Assembly: GCA_964611575.1 (NCBI GenBank)
Contig: CAZTAJ010000006.1
Coordinates: forward strand, 2,780-66,779
Reading direction: 5' to 3'
From: an uncultured Verrucomicrobiota bacterium
GTDB taxonomy: Bacteria; Verrucomicrobiota; Kiritimatiellia; CAIKKV01; CAITUY01
Length of the DNA stretch: 64,000 nt
Shown here: piece after piece, positions 44,047-53,247 of the stretch
Position numbering within the stretch: the first letter of the stretch is position 1
Layout of the letters: the number at the start of each line of letters is the position of its first letter
The notes under the pieces: generated by a model
The model's database searches: none
Told to the model about the DNA's origin: nothing
What the model saw: the letters and a program-made list of their open reading frames with translations, nothing else
Translations under genes and position numbers: made by a program

Positions 44047-45099
44047 TCAGGCGAGGCGGTCCGGCGCGGACGGTTGGATCTCCTCAAGGAGACGATGGAC
44101 GATCTGGTCGGTCGAGATGCCGGCGGCATCGGCATTGAAGGTGGGGACGATGCGATGGCGCAGAATGGCCACCGCCATCTCACGGACATCCTCCGTCGTG
44201 GCGTGATAGCGGCCGTGGAGAATGGCGCGCGCCTTCGCCGCCAGCATCATGTTGATGGTCGCCCGGGGGCCGGCCCCCCACTGGACGAGTTCACGGATGA
44301 AAGCCGGCGAGGAGGGGCCCGGCCGGCTGGCGCGCGCCAGGTCACGGGCATACTCGAAGACGTGGTCGGCCGCCGGAACGCGGCGGACAATGTGCTGCAG
44401 CTTGACGATGTCGTCGCCGGACAGGACCGTCGTGAGCTCCGCCTCGTAAGTCCCGGTGACTTTCTTGGCAATGTCGAGTTCCTCGGCGGCGGAGGGGTAG
44501 TCCACCTTGATCATGAACATGAACCGGTCCAACTGCGCCTCGGGCAGCGGGTACGTGCCTTCCTGTTCGATGGGATTCTGCGTGGCCAGCACAAAGAAGG
44601 GATCCGGCAGTTTGAAGTCGGCATCGCCCACGGTGACGATCCGTTCCTGCATGGCCTCCAGCAGGGCGGCCTGGGTCTTCGGCGGTGTGCGGTTGATTTC
44701 GTCGGCCAGCACCATGTTGGCAAACAGGGGGCCGCGGACGAACCGGAAGACGCGCTTGCCGGTGGTGCGGTCCTCCTCAAGCACATCCGTGCCGGTGATG
44801 TCGGCGGGCATCAGGTCGGGAGTGAACTGGACGCGCTTGAACGTCAGGTGCATGACCCGGGACAGGGTGCTCACGAGCAGCGTCTTCGCGAGGCCGGGAA
44901 CGCCGACCAGCAAGGCGTGGCTGCGGCAGAAGATGGCGACGAGGACCTGCTCGATGACCTGGTCCTGCCCGACGATGGCCAGCCGCAGTTGCTCGGTCAT
45001 CTTCAGATACGCCGCATTCAGCGCCTTGACCGTTTCGATATCGCCCTGGGGCTCCAGTGCCGGCAGGATGGAAGAGTGTTGTTGCACGTCGCGTTGCAT
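44047..45099 (-). CDS. moxR: MoxR-family AAA+ ATPase
   Basis: Walker A GVPGLAKT, Walker B VLADEINR and TQNPIEQEGTYPLPEAQLDRF. GGAGG RBS before ATG 45099. Confidence 0.9.
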   Translation of the reverse strand: MQRDVQQHSSILPALEPQGDIETVKALNAAYLKMTEQLRLAIVGQDQVIEQVLVAIFCRSHALLVGVPGLAKTLLVSTLSRVMHLTFKRVQFTPDLMPADITGTDVLEEDRTTGKRVFRFVRGPLFANMVLADEINRTPPKTQAALLEAMQERIVTVGDADFKLPDPFFVLATQNPIEQEGTYPLPEAQLDRFMFMIKVDYPSAAEELDIAKKVTGTYEAELTTVLSGDDIVKLQHIVRRVPAADHVFEYARDLARASRPGPSSPAFIRELVQWGAGPRATINMMLAAKARAILHGRYHATTEDVREMAVAILRHRIVPTFNADAAGISTDQIVHRLLEEIQPSAPDRLA

Positions 45100-45155
45100 T
45101 CGGCCTCCGTTTACCTCTGTGGAAACTGGTCAAGTGTCATCTTGATGAATCATAA

Positions 45156-45171
45156 TGCATAATCCATGCCA
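45156..45171 (-). promoter_or_regulatory. candidate sigma54 (-24/-12) promoter TGGCATGGATTATGCA for the moxR operon
   Basis: The minus-strand read matches TGGCACG-N4-TTGCW with correct GG/GC spacing and two mismatches. It lies 57-72 nt upstream of the moxR ATG. Confidence 0.5.
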
Positions 45172-45255
45172 CAACGGCGCCCGGCGCAGACAAGGCTGAA
45201 ATGGGCCGGTTTTTGACGTTTTCAACCGTTGGCCGGCGCAGCCCCGGGCGAACCG

Positions 45256-45271
45256 TGCATCCCAGTATGCA
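45256..45271. promoter_or_regulatory. candidate enhancer (UAS) inverted repeat TGCAT-N6-ATGCA
   Basis: Lies about 85-100 bp upstream of the -24 element. Further ATGCA-like motifs occur at 45155-45160 and 45297-45303. Confidence 0.25.
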
Positions 45272-45357
45272 GGTTGTCCGGCCAGGCGTATTCAAGTGTA
45301 TGCACATGCCTGTTGACCCGCGGGGGTCGGGTGAAGTAGCCTCCCCGCTCACAACCC

Positions 45358-46749
45358 ATGGCCAACGAAGACACAACCATCCAGCGCGCCGGCAAGGGCG
45401 GATCGCACACCGTGATGCTCACCCGCAAGGGAACGCCGCGCTCGCTGTTGCTGCAGAAGTCGAAGCTCCTGATCATCAACGGGCCCGAGCAGGGGCGCGA
45501 GGTGCTGATCGACAAGGATAGCTTCACGATCGGGGCCGGGTCGCAGAACGACCTGATCGTGCCCGACCCGGCGGCCTCACGCCGCCATTGCGAGATCCAG
45601 CAGCGCGTCGAGGGCTTCCTGCTGCGCGACCTGGGCAGCACCAACGGGACCACCGTCCAGGGCGTGCGGGTGTGCGAGGTGTACCTGACGCAGGGCGTCG
45701 AGTTCCAGGTGGGAACGACCCGGCTGGTGTTCTGTCCTTTGCAGGAGACGGTGTCCTATCCCCTGAGCGCCCGCGAGAGTTTCGGGCGTTTGAACGGGCG
45801 GAGCACGGCGATGCGGCGGGTGTTCCACCTGGCCGAAACGTATGCCCGCACCGATGCGGCCGTGTTGATCCAGGGCGAAACGGGGACGGGGAAGGAACTC
45901 CTGGCGGATGCCCTGCATGCGCACAGCCCGCGAAGCAAGAAACCGTTCGTGGTGATCGACTGCGGCGCGCTGGCCAAGGGCGTGATCGAAAGCGAGTTGT
46001 TCGGGCACGCCAAGGGCTCGTTCACGGGGGCCGGCGCCGAACGCATCGGCGCCTTCGAACATGCCCACGGGGGCACGGTCTTCCTGGACGAAATCGGGGA
46101 GTTGGAACTGCACCTGCAACCGAAACTGCTGCGCGCGCTGGAGAAGAAGGAAGTGCGGCGGCTGGGCGCCAACACGGTGCGGCATGTCGACGTCCGGATC
46201 ATCGCGGCAACGAACCGGAATTTGGAAAGGGAAGTGCGCGAGGGGCGGTTCCGCGAGGATCTCTATTACCGGTTGTCGATCGTGAAGATCGAGATGCCGC
46301 CCTTGCGCCAGCGCAAGGATGACATCCCCCTGCTGGTGCAGTGTTTCCTGAAGGAGTTCACGGGATCCGGCGAACCGACGGCCTGGCCCGATTTCGAACG
46401 GAGCATGATGCTGTTCCGACAGCACGAATGGCCCGGCAACGCCCGGGAACTGCGGAATGTGATCGAGATGGCCGTGCACGGATCGGCGGGACGGATCGAT
46501 CTCGGCGCCTGCCTGACCTTGGGCCGCATCAGCGAAGCGGAAGCCGGCGCCGAGCCGGCCGAGTCGTCCGACATGCCCTTCAAGCTGGCGAAGAACCAGT
46601 TGGTGGATCACTTTGAGAAGGACTATATCGAGAAGCTTCTGGAACGGAACGGGGGCAACATCTCCCGCGCCGCCCGCGAGGCGCAGATTGAGCGCGCCTA
46701 CCTCCAGCGACTGGTCCGCAAACACGGGCTGAACCCGCGCGACCGGTAG
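45358..46749 (+). CDS. FHA-domain sigma54-dependent transcriptional activator (bEBP, Fis-type HTH)
   Basis: N-terminal FHA (FTIGAGSQNDLIVPDPAASRRHCEI...GSTNGT). AAA+ core with Walker A GETGTGKE and a GAFTGA-type loop KGSFTGA. C-terminal HTH GGNISRAAREAQIERAYLQRL. Confidence 0.9.
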   Translation: MANEDTTIQRAGKGGSHTVMLTRKGTPRSLLLQKSKLLIINGPEQGREVLIDKDSFTIGAGSQNDLIVPDPAASRRHCEIQQRVEGFLLRDLGSTNGTTVQGVRVCEVYLTQGVEFQVGTTRLVFCPLQETVSYPLSARESFGRLNGRSTAMRRVFHLAETYARTDAAVLIQGETGTGKELLADALHAHSPRSKKPFVVIDCGALAKGVIESELFGHAKGSFTGAGAERIGAFEHAHGGTVFLDEIGELELHLQPKLLRALEKKEVRRLGANTVRHVDVRIIAATNRNLEREVREGRFREDLYYRLSIVKIEMPPLRQRKDDIPLLVQCFLKEFTGSGEPTAWPDFERSMMLFRQHEWPGNARELRNVIEMAVHGSAGRIDLGACLTLGRISEAEAGAEPAESSDMPFKLAKNQLVDHFEKDYIEKLLERNGGNISRAAREAQIERAYLQRLVRKHGLNPRDR

Positions 46750-46760
46750 GGCACGCACAG

Positions 46761-46784
46761 GTGTGAGGTGGGAGGTGGGAGGTG
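46761..46784. repeat. (GGTGGGA)-type heptamer tract gtgtgaggtgggaggtgggaggtg
   Basis: Read directly, between the convergent stops at 46749 (+) and 46795 (-). Confidence 0.8.
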
Positions 46785-46794
46785 TTTCCCCCGC

Positions 46795-49038
46795 TCAGTG
46801 CTCCTCGAAGATCGCGCGCTCCCACACGCCGGCGTACCGTTCCAGGATTCCCCTCAACGGCGTGTGGGCATGCAGCCAGTAGACGGGCCGGTAGAGGGCT
46901 CGCAAGGTGTCGACCGGGACCGCCGTGGTCGCCCCGCGATTCGACAGGCCGCGGAAAGCAGGGCCGATACTGAGCCCGTAGAAGAGGGCAGCGCAAACCA
47001 ACCCCACCCCCCAGGTGACGGCGGTGCGAATGCGACGACGCAGCCGGATGCGATCCAGCATCTGCCGGGCGGCGACCGAGTCGTGTTTGAGCCGGCTGAG
47101 CACGTCACGGACCATGCGTTCCGCCACGCGCAGATGCCCCTCACTCAGCGCCAGATCGGCCTGCGCGAGAAGCTTGTCGATCTGCTCAACTTGGGCGGCG
47201 GCCTTCTTCATCATGGCGTCGGTCGGCGAGGGCTCCGTCGTCATATCGCGAAGCGCCTCACAGGCCCTCACACATCCCTCGAAGTCCTGGGCTTTCAACG
47301 CCTGGCCGGCCTCCTGCGTCAGGCTCTCCATCCGCTGTTGCGCCGCATCCAGTTCCGCCTTCAGTTTTTCGGCGTCTTTGGACAGCGCAACCACCGCCTT
47401 GGCGTATTCGCTGGGTTCGACGCCGGGCTGCGTGCCGTCGGGCAGGGTCAGGGCGCCCTTGAGCGAGGGGAACTGGGATTCGAGCCGGCTGACGGACAGC
47501 AGCCGGTCCTCGATGCCCGCCAGCGATTTCTGCGCCTCCCGCGGCTGCTTCTTGACCAGCAGTTGCCGGGCGCGGTTCAACTCGGTCCGGAGGGCAAGGA
47601 TGTTGCGTTCCGCAATGCGCCAGGGAATCTCGCTGCGCAGGCCCTGATACTCGGGGCCGTCGTCGAGCACCCCGTATTCGTTGAGCCGCTCGCGGACCTC
47701 CTCGTAGTTCTGCCGGTCCAACTCCACGGCGATGGACTGGGTCAGCTCGTCCTTGCGCTGAAGCGCCCAGGTGGCCGTCTCGCCGAGTTCGAGGATCTCG
47801 CGCTTGAGTTCCTGGCCCTTCCCCCCGCGGGGATGGAAGTGATCGATGCCGTCCATGGCGTCCTTGATCCGCCCGAAATCCTTCTGGCGGCGGTATTCCC
47901 GCAACCGGCTGAGCATGGCCCGCATGTCCTCGAAGGTCTTGATGTCCGTCGAACACTGGCCGCAGAACCGGACGCCCACCCGGGTCTCGCCATCGCACTC
48001 GGGACACCGCTCCATCCCGTCCCAGTTGCAGTGCGAACAATAGCGGTTGGCCACGGGGCTGAGCGCATTGCACCATTTGCAGCGCCACATGCCGGGATCG
48101 GTGAGCGGCGACAGGAAGTCGCCGGCCGATTGGGCGAGGACCTCCGCAAAGTCGTGGGCGGATGGCCAGCGCTGCCTGGGATCCTGTTCCAGCGCTTTCA
48201 GCAGCATGGGGCGCAGGTAGTCGGGAACCCGGCTGTCCCGGAAGAACCGCGGATTTTCGCCGGTCAGGCAGAAATACAGGATGCCGCCCAGGCTGTAGAC
48301 ATCGGACCGCGCATCGGCCAGGCCGGAATCGGTTTCCTGCTCGGGCGCGGCATACCCCAGGGAAAGCATCCGGGTCCCGGTCATGGTGAGCTTGGCGGCA
48401 TCGGACGCGGTCTGGCGCGCGATGCCGAAGTCCACAATGCGCGGTTCGCCGTGCTCGTCGAGGAGGATGTTGGAGGGCTTGAGGTCACGGTGAATCACGC
48501 CGTGCCGGTGGGCGTAGTCAATGGCGGAGCAGAGCTTCTTGACCAGGACCACCGACGCGCGAAGCATGAGGGGGCCGCCGTTCTGCTCCAGCTTCTGCTC
48601 CAGGTTGAGGGAGGGCGCCGGCCAGTCGGGGGCGGGCGGCTTGCCGGGGCCCGCCACATACTCCATGACAATGTGCGGTTCAGCCCGTTCGGTGTCGAAG
48701 TCGTACAGTTTGACGATGTAGATGTGGTTGAGGGAGGCGATCAACTGCGCCTCCCGTGAAAACCTTTCCCTCATCGGGGCGTCGGCCAGGAAGGCGCGAC
48801 TGAGACGCTTGATTGCGACGAAGCGGCCCAGCTTCACATCCTTGGCGAGATAGACCACGCTCATCCCGCCGCGCCCGATCTCGCTGAGGATCCGGTAAGG
48901 GGAGACCGGCTCCTCGCCCGGTGGCGGGGCATCGTCCGACAGGGCCCCCGGCACCAGCAGCGTGGGCGTCTCACGCCCCATGTGCGTCGTCAGCGGCGGA
49001 TCGTCCCCGCTCGGTCTGGCGCTGGTTGTCGTCTGCAT
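46795..49038 (-). CDS. Ser/Thr protein kinase with double zinc-ribbon, long coiled coil and C-terminal TM
   Basis: GRGGMSVVY, VAIKRL, HRDLKPSNIL, DFG and APE motifs. These are followed by CKWC...CSHC...CPEC...CGQC zinc ribbons, a helical region and a TM helix GVGLVCAALFYGLSIGPAF. Confidence 0.85.
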   Translation of the reverse strand: MQTTTSARPSGDDPPLTTHMGRETPTLLVPGALSDDAPPPGEEPVSPYRILSEIGRGGMSVVYLAKDVKLGRFVAIKRLSRAFLADAPMRERFSREAQLIASLNHIYIVKLYDFDTERAEPHIVMEYVAGPGKPPAPDWPAPSLNLEQKLEQNGGPLMLRASVVLVKKLCSAIDYAHRHGVIHRDLKPSNILLDEHGEPRIVDFGIARQTASDAAKLTMTGTRMLSLGYAAPEQETDSGLADARSDVYSLGGILYFCLTGENPRFFRDSRVPDYLRPMLLKALEQDPRQRWPSAHDFAEVLAQSAGDFLSPLTDPGMWRCKWCNALSPVANRYCSHCNWDGMERCPECDGETRVGVRFCGQCSTDIKTFEDMRAMLSRLREYRRQKDFGRIKDAMDGIDHFHPRGGKGQELKREILELGETATWALQRKDELTQSIAVELDRQNYEEVRERLNEYGVLDDGPEYQGLRSEIPWRIAERNILALRTELNRARQLLVKKQPREAQKSLAGIEDRLLSVSRLESQFPSLKGALTLPDGTQPGVEPSEYAKAVVALSKDAEKLKAELDAAQQRMESLTQEAGQALKAQDFEGCVRACEALRDMTTEPSPTDAMMKKAAAQVEQIDKLLAQADLALSEGHLRVAERMVRDVLSRLKHDSVAARQMLDRIRLRRRIRTAVTWGVGLVCAALFYGLSIGPAFRGLSNRGATTAVPVDTLRALYRPVYWLHAHTPLRGILERYAGVWERAIFEEH

Positions 49039-49066
49039 CGCGCTTGATAACCCCGCCGGCTCGCCC

Positions 49067-50461
49067 CTATGGCATCACCGGCGCCTGTTTCGGGTTCACA
49101 ACGGCGCCGTGGGTCCGGATCACCTCCCGGTACCATTCGGCCGAATCCTTGAGCGTGCGCTTCCCGGTGGCGTAGTCCACGTAAATGATGCCGAAGCGCT
49201 GCTTGTACCCTTCGGCCCATTCGAAATTGTCCATGATGGACCAGGTGAAATAGCCTTTGACCGGGATCCCGTCGTGGCAAGCCCGGCGAAGTTCCGAAAG
49301 GTATCGCTCCATGAAGTCGATGCGCTGCGGGTCATGGACCTTGCCGTCGAGTGACACCCAGTCCGCGTTTGCCAACCCGTTCTCCGTGACCACCACGGGA
49401 AGCTGATAGCGCTCGTGCAGGAAACGGGGCCCCCAATAAAGGGCGGAGGGAGTCACCTTCCACAGGAACATCGTGTGCGGGTAGCCGGGACGCAGGGGGA
49501 CGTTCTCGGGGGCCCCGTCGGCGCCGGCGCGGACGACCGTGCCGTGGTAGATGTTGGCCCCGTAAAAGTCCAGCGGTTGACGGATGAGGTCCATGTCGCC
49601 GGACTGCACGGTCGGGGCGTCATCCCCGAACAGGCTCAACCCGTCTTCCGGGTAACGCCCGAACAGAACGGGGTCCGCCCACCACGTGTTGTTCCAGTAA
49701 TCTTTCGTGCGAACGCTGCACGTGGCCGTTCGGGCGGCCTGGATGTCGGCGGGACTGTCGCTGGCGGGAATGAACGTGACGCCCACCGGCGCCCAGCCGA
49801 TGGACGCCGGTTTCCGGGTTGCGGCCCGGATGACCTGGACGGCCTTGCCGTGGGCCATGAGGGTGTGATGGCCGGCGGTCAGCATTTCCTTCAATCCGAG
49901 TTTGTCGCCGGGCGCATGGATGCCGTCGCGCAGCCCGAGCCCGATGAAGCACTGGGGCTCGTTCAACGTCATCCAGTTCGACACCCGGTCCGAGAGTTTG
50001 CGGGCAACCACGTCGGCGTAGTCGCCGAACCAGTTGACGCTGTCGCGATTCAGCCACCCGCCGCGGAGATACAGGTCGTAGGGCAAGTCCCAATGGAACA
50101 GCGTCACCCACGGTTCCACGCCGGCCTCCAGCAGTCCATCGACGAGTTGGTCATAGAACGCCAGACCGCGCGCGTTGACCGCCCCGGTCCCGGCGGGCAT
50201 GACACGCGGCCAGGCGATGGACAGACGGTAGGCCTTGAGTCCAATGGACTTCATCAAGGCCACGTCCTCTTTCCAGCGGTGGTAATGGTCGCAGGCAACA
50301 TCGCCGGTGTGACCCTCCCAGACCCGTCCCGGAGCCCGGCAGAACATATCCCACACGGAGGGGCCGCGCCCGTCGACGCGGGTGGCTCCTTCCACCTGGT
50401 ACGAGGCAGCCGCCGCGCCCCACGTGAAGTCCGCCGGAAAGGTCAGCGTGTCAGTCTTCAT
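49067..50461 (-). CDS. GH1 beta-glucosidase
   Basis: FTWGAAAASYQVEG, acid/base MTLNEP and nucleophile VVTENG. Start trimmed to ATG 50461. Confidence 0.9.
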   Translation of the reverse strand: MKTDTLTFPADFTWGAAAASYQVEGATRVDGRGPSVWDMFCRAPGRVWEGHTGDVACDHYHRWKEDVALMKSIGLKAYRLSIAWPRVMPAGTGAVNARGLAFYDQLVDGLLEAGVEPWVTLFHWDLPYDLYLRGGWLNRDSVNWFGDYADVVARKLSDRVSNWMTLNEPQCFIGLGLRDGIHAPGDKLGLKEMLTAGHHTLMAHGKAVQVIRAATRKPASIGWAPVGVTFIPASDSPADIQAARTATCSVRTKDYWNNTWWADPVLFGRYPEDGLSLFGDDAPTVQSGDMDLIRQPLDFYGANIYHGTVVRAGADGAPENVPLRPGYPHTMFLWKVTPSALYWGPRFLHERYQLPVVVTENGLANADWVSLDGKVHDPQRIDFMERYLSELRRACHDGIPVKGYFTWSIMDNFEWAEGYKQRFGIIYVDYATGKRTLKDSAEWYREVIRTHGAVVNPKQAPVMP

Positions 50462-50483
50462 GCGATGCTTCCCCTCACGCTCG

Positions 50484-51386
50484 TCAGACCGGGTTCGCCA
50501 CAAACGAGCCGCCCCGGCACTGTTTCAGATGGTTCAAGGCGTGGACCTGCCCGGTCATCTCGAGGTCGCCGCAATAGATGGGGTCGTGCCAGCCTTCGAT
50601 ATCGATCGAGCCCTTGAATCCGCCGATGCGCAAGTCCGAGATGATGTCGGTCCAGTTCGAATCGCCGAAACCCGGCGTCCGGTGGAAGGCGAACCGCTTG
50701 GGCCCGGTGACGCCGTATTCACGCACAACGTCCCAATGAATCGTGCAGTCCTTGCCGTGGACGTGAAAGATCTTCTTCACCCACCGGCGGAGCTGGGGCA
50801 TCGGATCGATGAGCTTGACCATCTGGTGGCAGGGTTCCCATTCCAGTCCGACGTTGTCGGCGGGCAGTTCATTGAACATCATCTCCCAGGCGGCGGGATA
50901 TTGGGCGATGTTCCAGTCGCCGGTGGCCCAGGTGCCGCCCATGTCGCAGTTCTCGAAGGCCAGCCGCACCCCCTTGTCGGCCGCGCGCCGGGACAGGGGG
51001 CCGAACACCTTCTTATACGCCTTCATCGAGGCATCGATCGGTTTGTTGCGCAGACGGCCGGCGAATCCCGTCACCAGGTCGGTGCCGAAGAGAGGCGCAT
51101 GGTCGATCAGCGCCTTCCATCCGTCGCGCGTCTTCTGGTCGTCGGGTTGGGAATCCAGGGGATTGCCGAAGATGCTGACGCTGCTGATGGTCACCCCGGA
51201 ATCGCCCAGCACGTCCTTGACCTCCCGCGCGAGTTTCTTGAGATCGGTGTCGCCCAGCGTCTTCCAGAAGGTCAGCGAGAAACTCTCGAAGCCGTGAGGC
51301 AGGATCTGCTTGATGTAGGCGGGCGCGTTCGGGCCGGAGACCAGCGTTCCAATACGGATCGTTTCCTTCGCAAGGGAGGTATTCAT
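50484..51386 (-). CDS. sugar phosphate isomerase/epimerase (xylose-isomerase-like TIM barrel)
   Basis: Length and pattern (RLAFENC..., HVHGKD..., IDIEGWHD) recalled for the AP_endonuc_2 family. Confidence 0.75.
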   Translation of the reverse strand: MNTSLAKETIRIGTLVSGPNAPAYIKQILPHGFESFSLTFWKTLGDTDLKKLAREVKDVLGDSGVTISSVSIFGNPLDSQPDDQKTRDGWKALIDHAPLFGTDLVTGFAGRLRNKPIDASMKAYKKVFGPLSRRAADKGVRLAFENCDMGGTWATGDWNIAQYPAAWEMMFNELPADNVGLEWEPCHQMVKLIDPMPQLRRWVKKIFHVHGKDCTIHWDVVREYGVTGPKRFAFHRTPGFGDSNWTDIISDLRIGGFKGSIDIEGWHDPIYCGDLEMTGQVHALNHLKQCRGGSFVANPV

Positions 51387-51398
51387 TGACGGTCCTTT

Positions 51399-52667
51399 CT
51401 ACAGTTGGGTGACAGGGACAATTTCCACGACGTGTGCTTGCATGACCAGCGTCTTCCGGATCGCTTCAAAGAGTTCCGGCATCCTGGCCAGACGCTCCTG
51501 CAGCGCGGCGTCGCGCTTGGCGTCGACGTCCTCGACCTTGATGCCCAGGTAGTCGGGAATCTCTATTCTGGAGAGAACGATCCCGCGGAAGATCTTGTTG
51601 TGGTAGTAACTGTTCTTGGCCCTCACGGCCGTCCAGACCGCCTTCACCTGGTCGGCAATCGGCCCCCCAGCCAGAACAGCCGCCGCCAGGTTGACGCCGT
51701 CATTGAGCGCCGCACTGGAATAGACGCCGACGTTCGTGCCGCCAAGGCGCACGTCGTACTGGCCGGCCTTGAGGCCCGTCACTTTCAAGTGGTAGTCGTT
51801 AAGGTCATCCAGGATGGGCGCCCACTCCAGGACGCTTTTGGCCTCTTCCGGAAAGAAGGGAAGCGCGTCGTCCTTCTGTTTGAATTCCACTTTGCCGGTC
51901 GCATCCACCTTCAAACCGTCAATCGCGCAGTTGACGTTCTTGACGACCTTGCCGGAGGCGGCGTCAATCTCGACGGAGGCGACGACGGGCGGAAAACTCA
52001 TGCCCTTGAGGATGGACCAGGCCATGATGGACTGGCCGGCGGGGCCGGGATGGACCGCGTCGCCGCTGAGGCGGTTTGTCGGAGCGCCGGCGCGGACTCT
52101 GTCGATGAGCGCGACGAACGGATGGAACTGATCGACAAACAAGGCGTTCCCGTTCGTGGCGGCGATCTGTTTGACGCCCTCCGAGTACTTCTCCAGGGTC
52201 TCGTTGTAGCCTTGCATCGCCGGACCCGCTTCGTTCTTCTCAACGGGACTGGGGGTGCACCAGGCCACGCGGATGCCGGCCGCCTTGGCCTGGTCGGCGA
52301 TCCCCTGCAGTCCGCCCATATAGGTCTTGAAGGCGCCCTCGTCAAAAGCCCGGTACCCGCCATCGTTCATGCCGAAGTCGACTGTCATCGCGGTGGGGGT
52401 GTGGGACAGGACGTCACGCTTGAAACGGGAATGTCCCCCGGTGGACCGGTCGCCGCTGATGCCGACATTGATGAAGGTGATGTTCCAGGCGGGAAAGCGG
52501 GTGAGGGTCCAGGCTTCCACGTAACTGCTGTAGAGATACTGTTCCGTGATGCTGTCGCCCATCATCACCACCTTGTCGCCGTCCCTGAAGAAGAACTCGG
52601 CGCCGTTCACTGCACATGAGGCGACAACGATGGCCAGTGCAATGAGTGAGGATCTGAAACGCTTCAT
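51399..52667 (-). CDS. secreted SGNH/GDSL hydrolase family protein
   Basis: Signal peptide, block I VVMMGDSITE, block III FGMNDG and block V DAVHP. Start trimmed to ATG 52667. Confidence 0.75.
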   Translation of the reverse strand: MKRFRSSLIALAIVVASCAVNGAEFFFRDGDKVVMMGDSITEQYLYSSYVEAWTLTRFPAWNITFINVGISGDRSTGGHSRFKRDVLSHTPTAMTVDFGMNDGGYRAFDEGAFKTYMGGLQGIADQAKAAGIRVAWCTPSPVEKNEAGPAMQGYNETLEKYSEGVKQIAATNGNALFVDQFHPFVALIDRVRAGAPTNRLSGDAVHPGPAGQSIMAWSILKGMSFPPVVASVEIDAASGKVVKNVNCAIDGLKVDATGKVEFKQKDDALPFFPEEAKSVLEWAPILDDLNDYHLKVTGLKAGQYDVRLGGTNVGVYSSAALNDGVNLAAAVLAGGPIADQVKAVWTAVRAKNSYYHNKIFRGIVLSRIEIPDYLGIKVEDVDAKRDAALQERLARMPELFEAIRKTLVMQAHVVEIVPVTQL

Positions 52668-52792
52668 CCTGCTGATTCCTTTGTCATACAAGTTGTGCTG
52701 TCGCGACCGGCAGCGCTCCCATAGCGCCGCCGTCAAATCAAAGATAATGCATCCCCCACCCCCTCAAACGCAACTGACAAAAGTTTCCACTT

Positions 52793-53181
52793 CAGGGCAA
52801 ACGCATCTAAATTCGGCCTTTCTCTACTTCTTCTGGGTTTTCAAGCGTGGTGCGGCTGGGTGGGTGCGCCGAATTCGTGACTGGCGGATGATTTCATCGG
52901 CGTATTGCTGCGTCAGTTGGGTGAATCGCGCAAACCCGGCGATGGCGTGCTGGAGGTCGGCGACATCCTCCCTGACGACATAGCGCACGACATTGCGACC
53001 GGCCTCCCACGTCGGATGGTTCCGGGATAAGGATCGCTGGGAGGGGCTGCGCGGCATCGGCATGGTCGAGTCGGTGCGCGACGTCGGCGGGATACGCTCC
53101 TGCGAACGCCGTTGTTTCTTGGTCAGTATGGAGCCATGCCTACCTGCTGACAGTCTTGGGACTTTAGATGCGTTTGCCCTG
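52793..53181. mobile_element. 389-bp IS remnant / MITE-like element bounded by perfect 19-bp inverted repeats, carrying an ISAs1 (H-repeat)-like transposase fragment
   Basis: IRs are cagggcaaacgcatctaaa (52793-52811) and its exact reverse complement (53163-53181). Plus-strand 53017-53127 encodes W..DKDRWEGLRGIGMVESVRDVGGIRSCERRCFLVS..LPAD. This resembles the W.GLKS...VES.R......ERRYFISSLPAD block of ISAs1 transposases (recalled). Confidence 0.5.
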
Positions 53182-53247
53182 GACCGCGCAATGTCGTCCT
53201 CTGGAAGACGTAACTCCGTCTCCCGTGCGGGGGTGACGCACGGCGCC

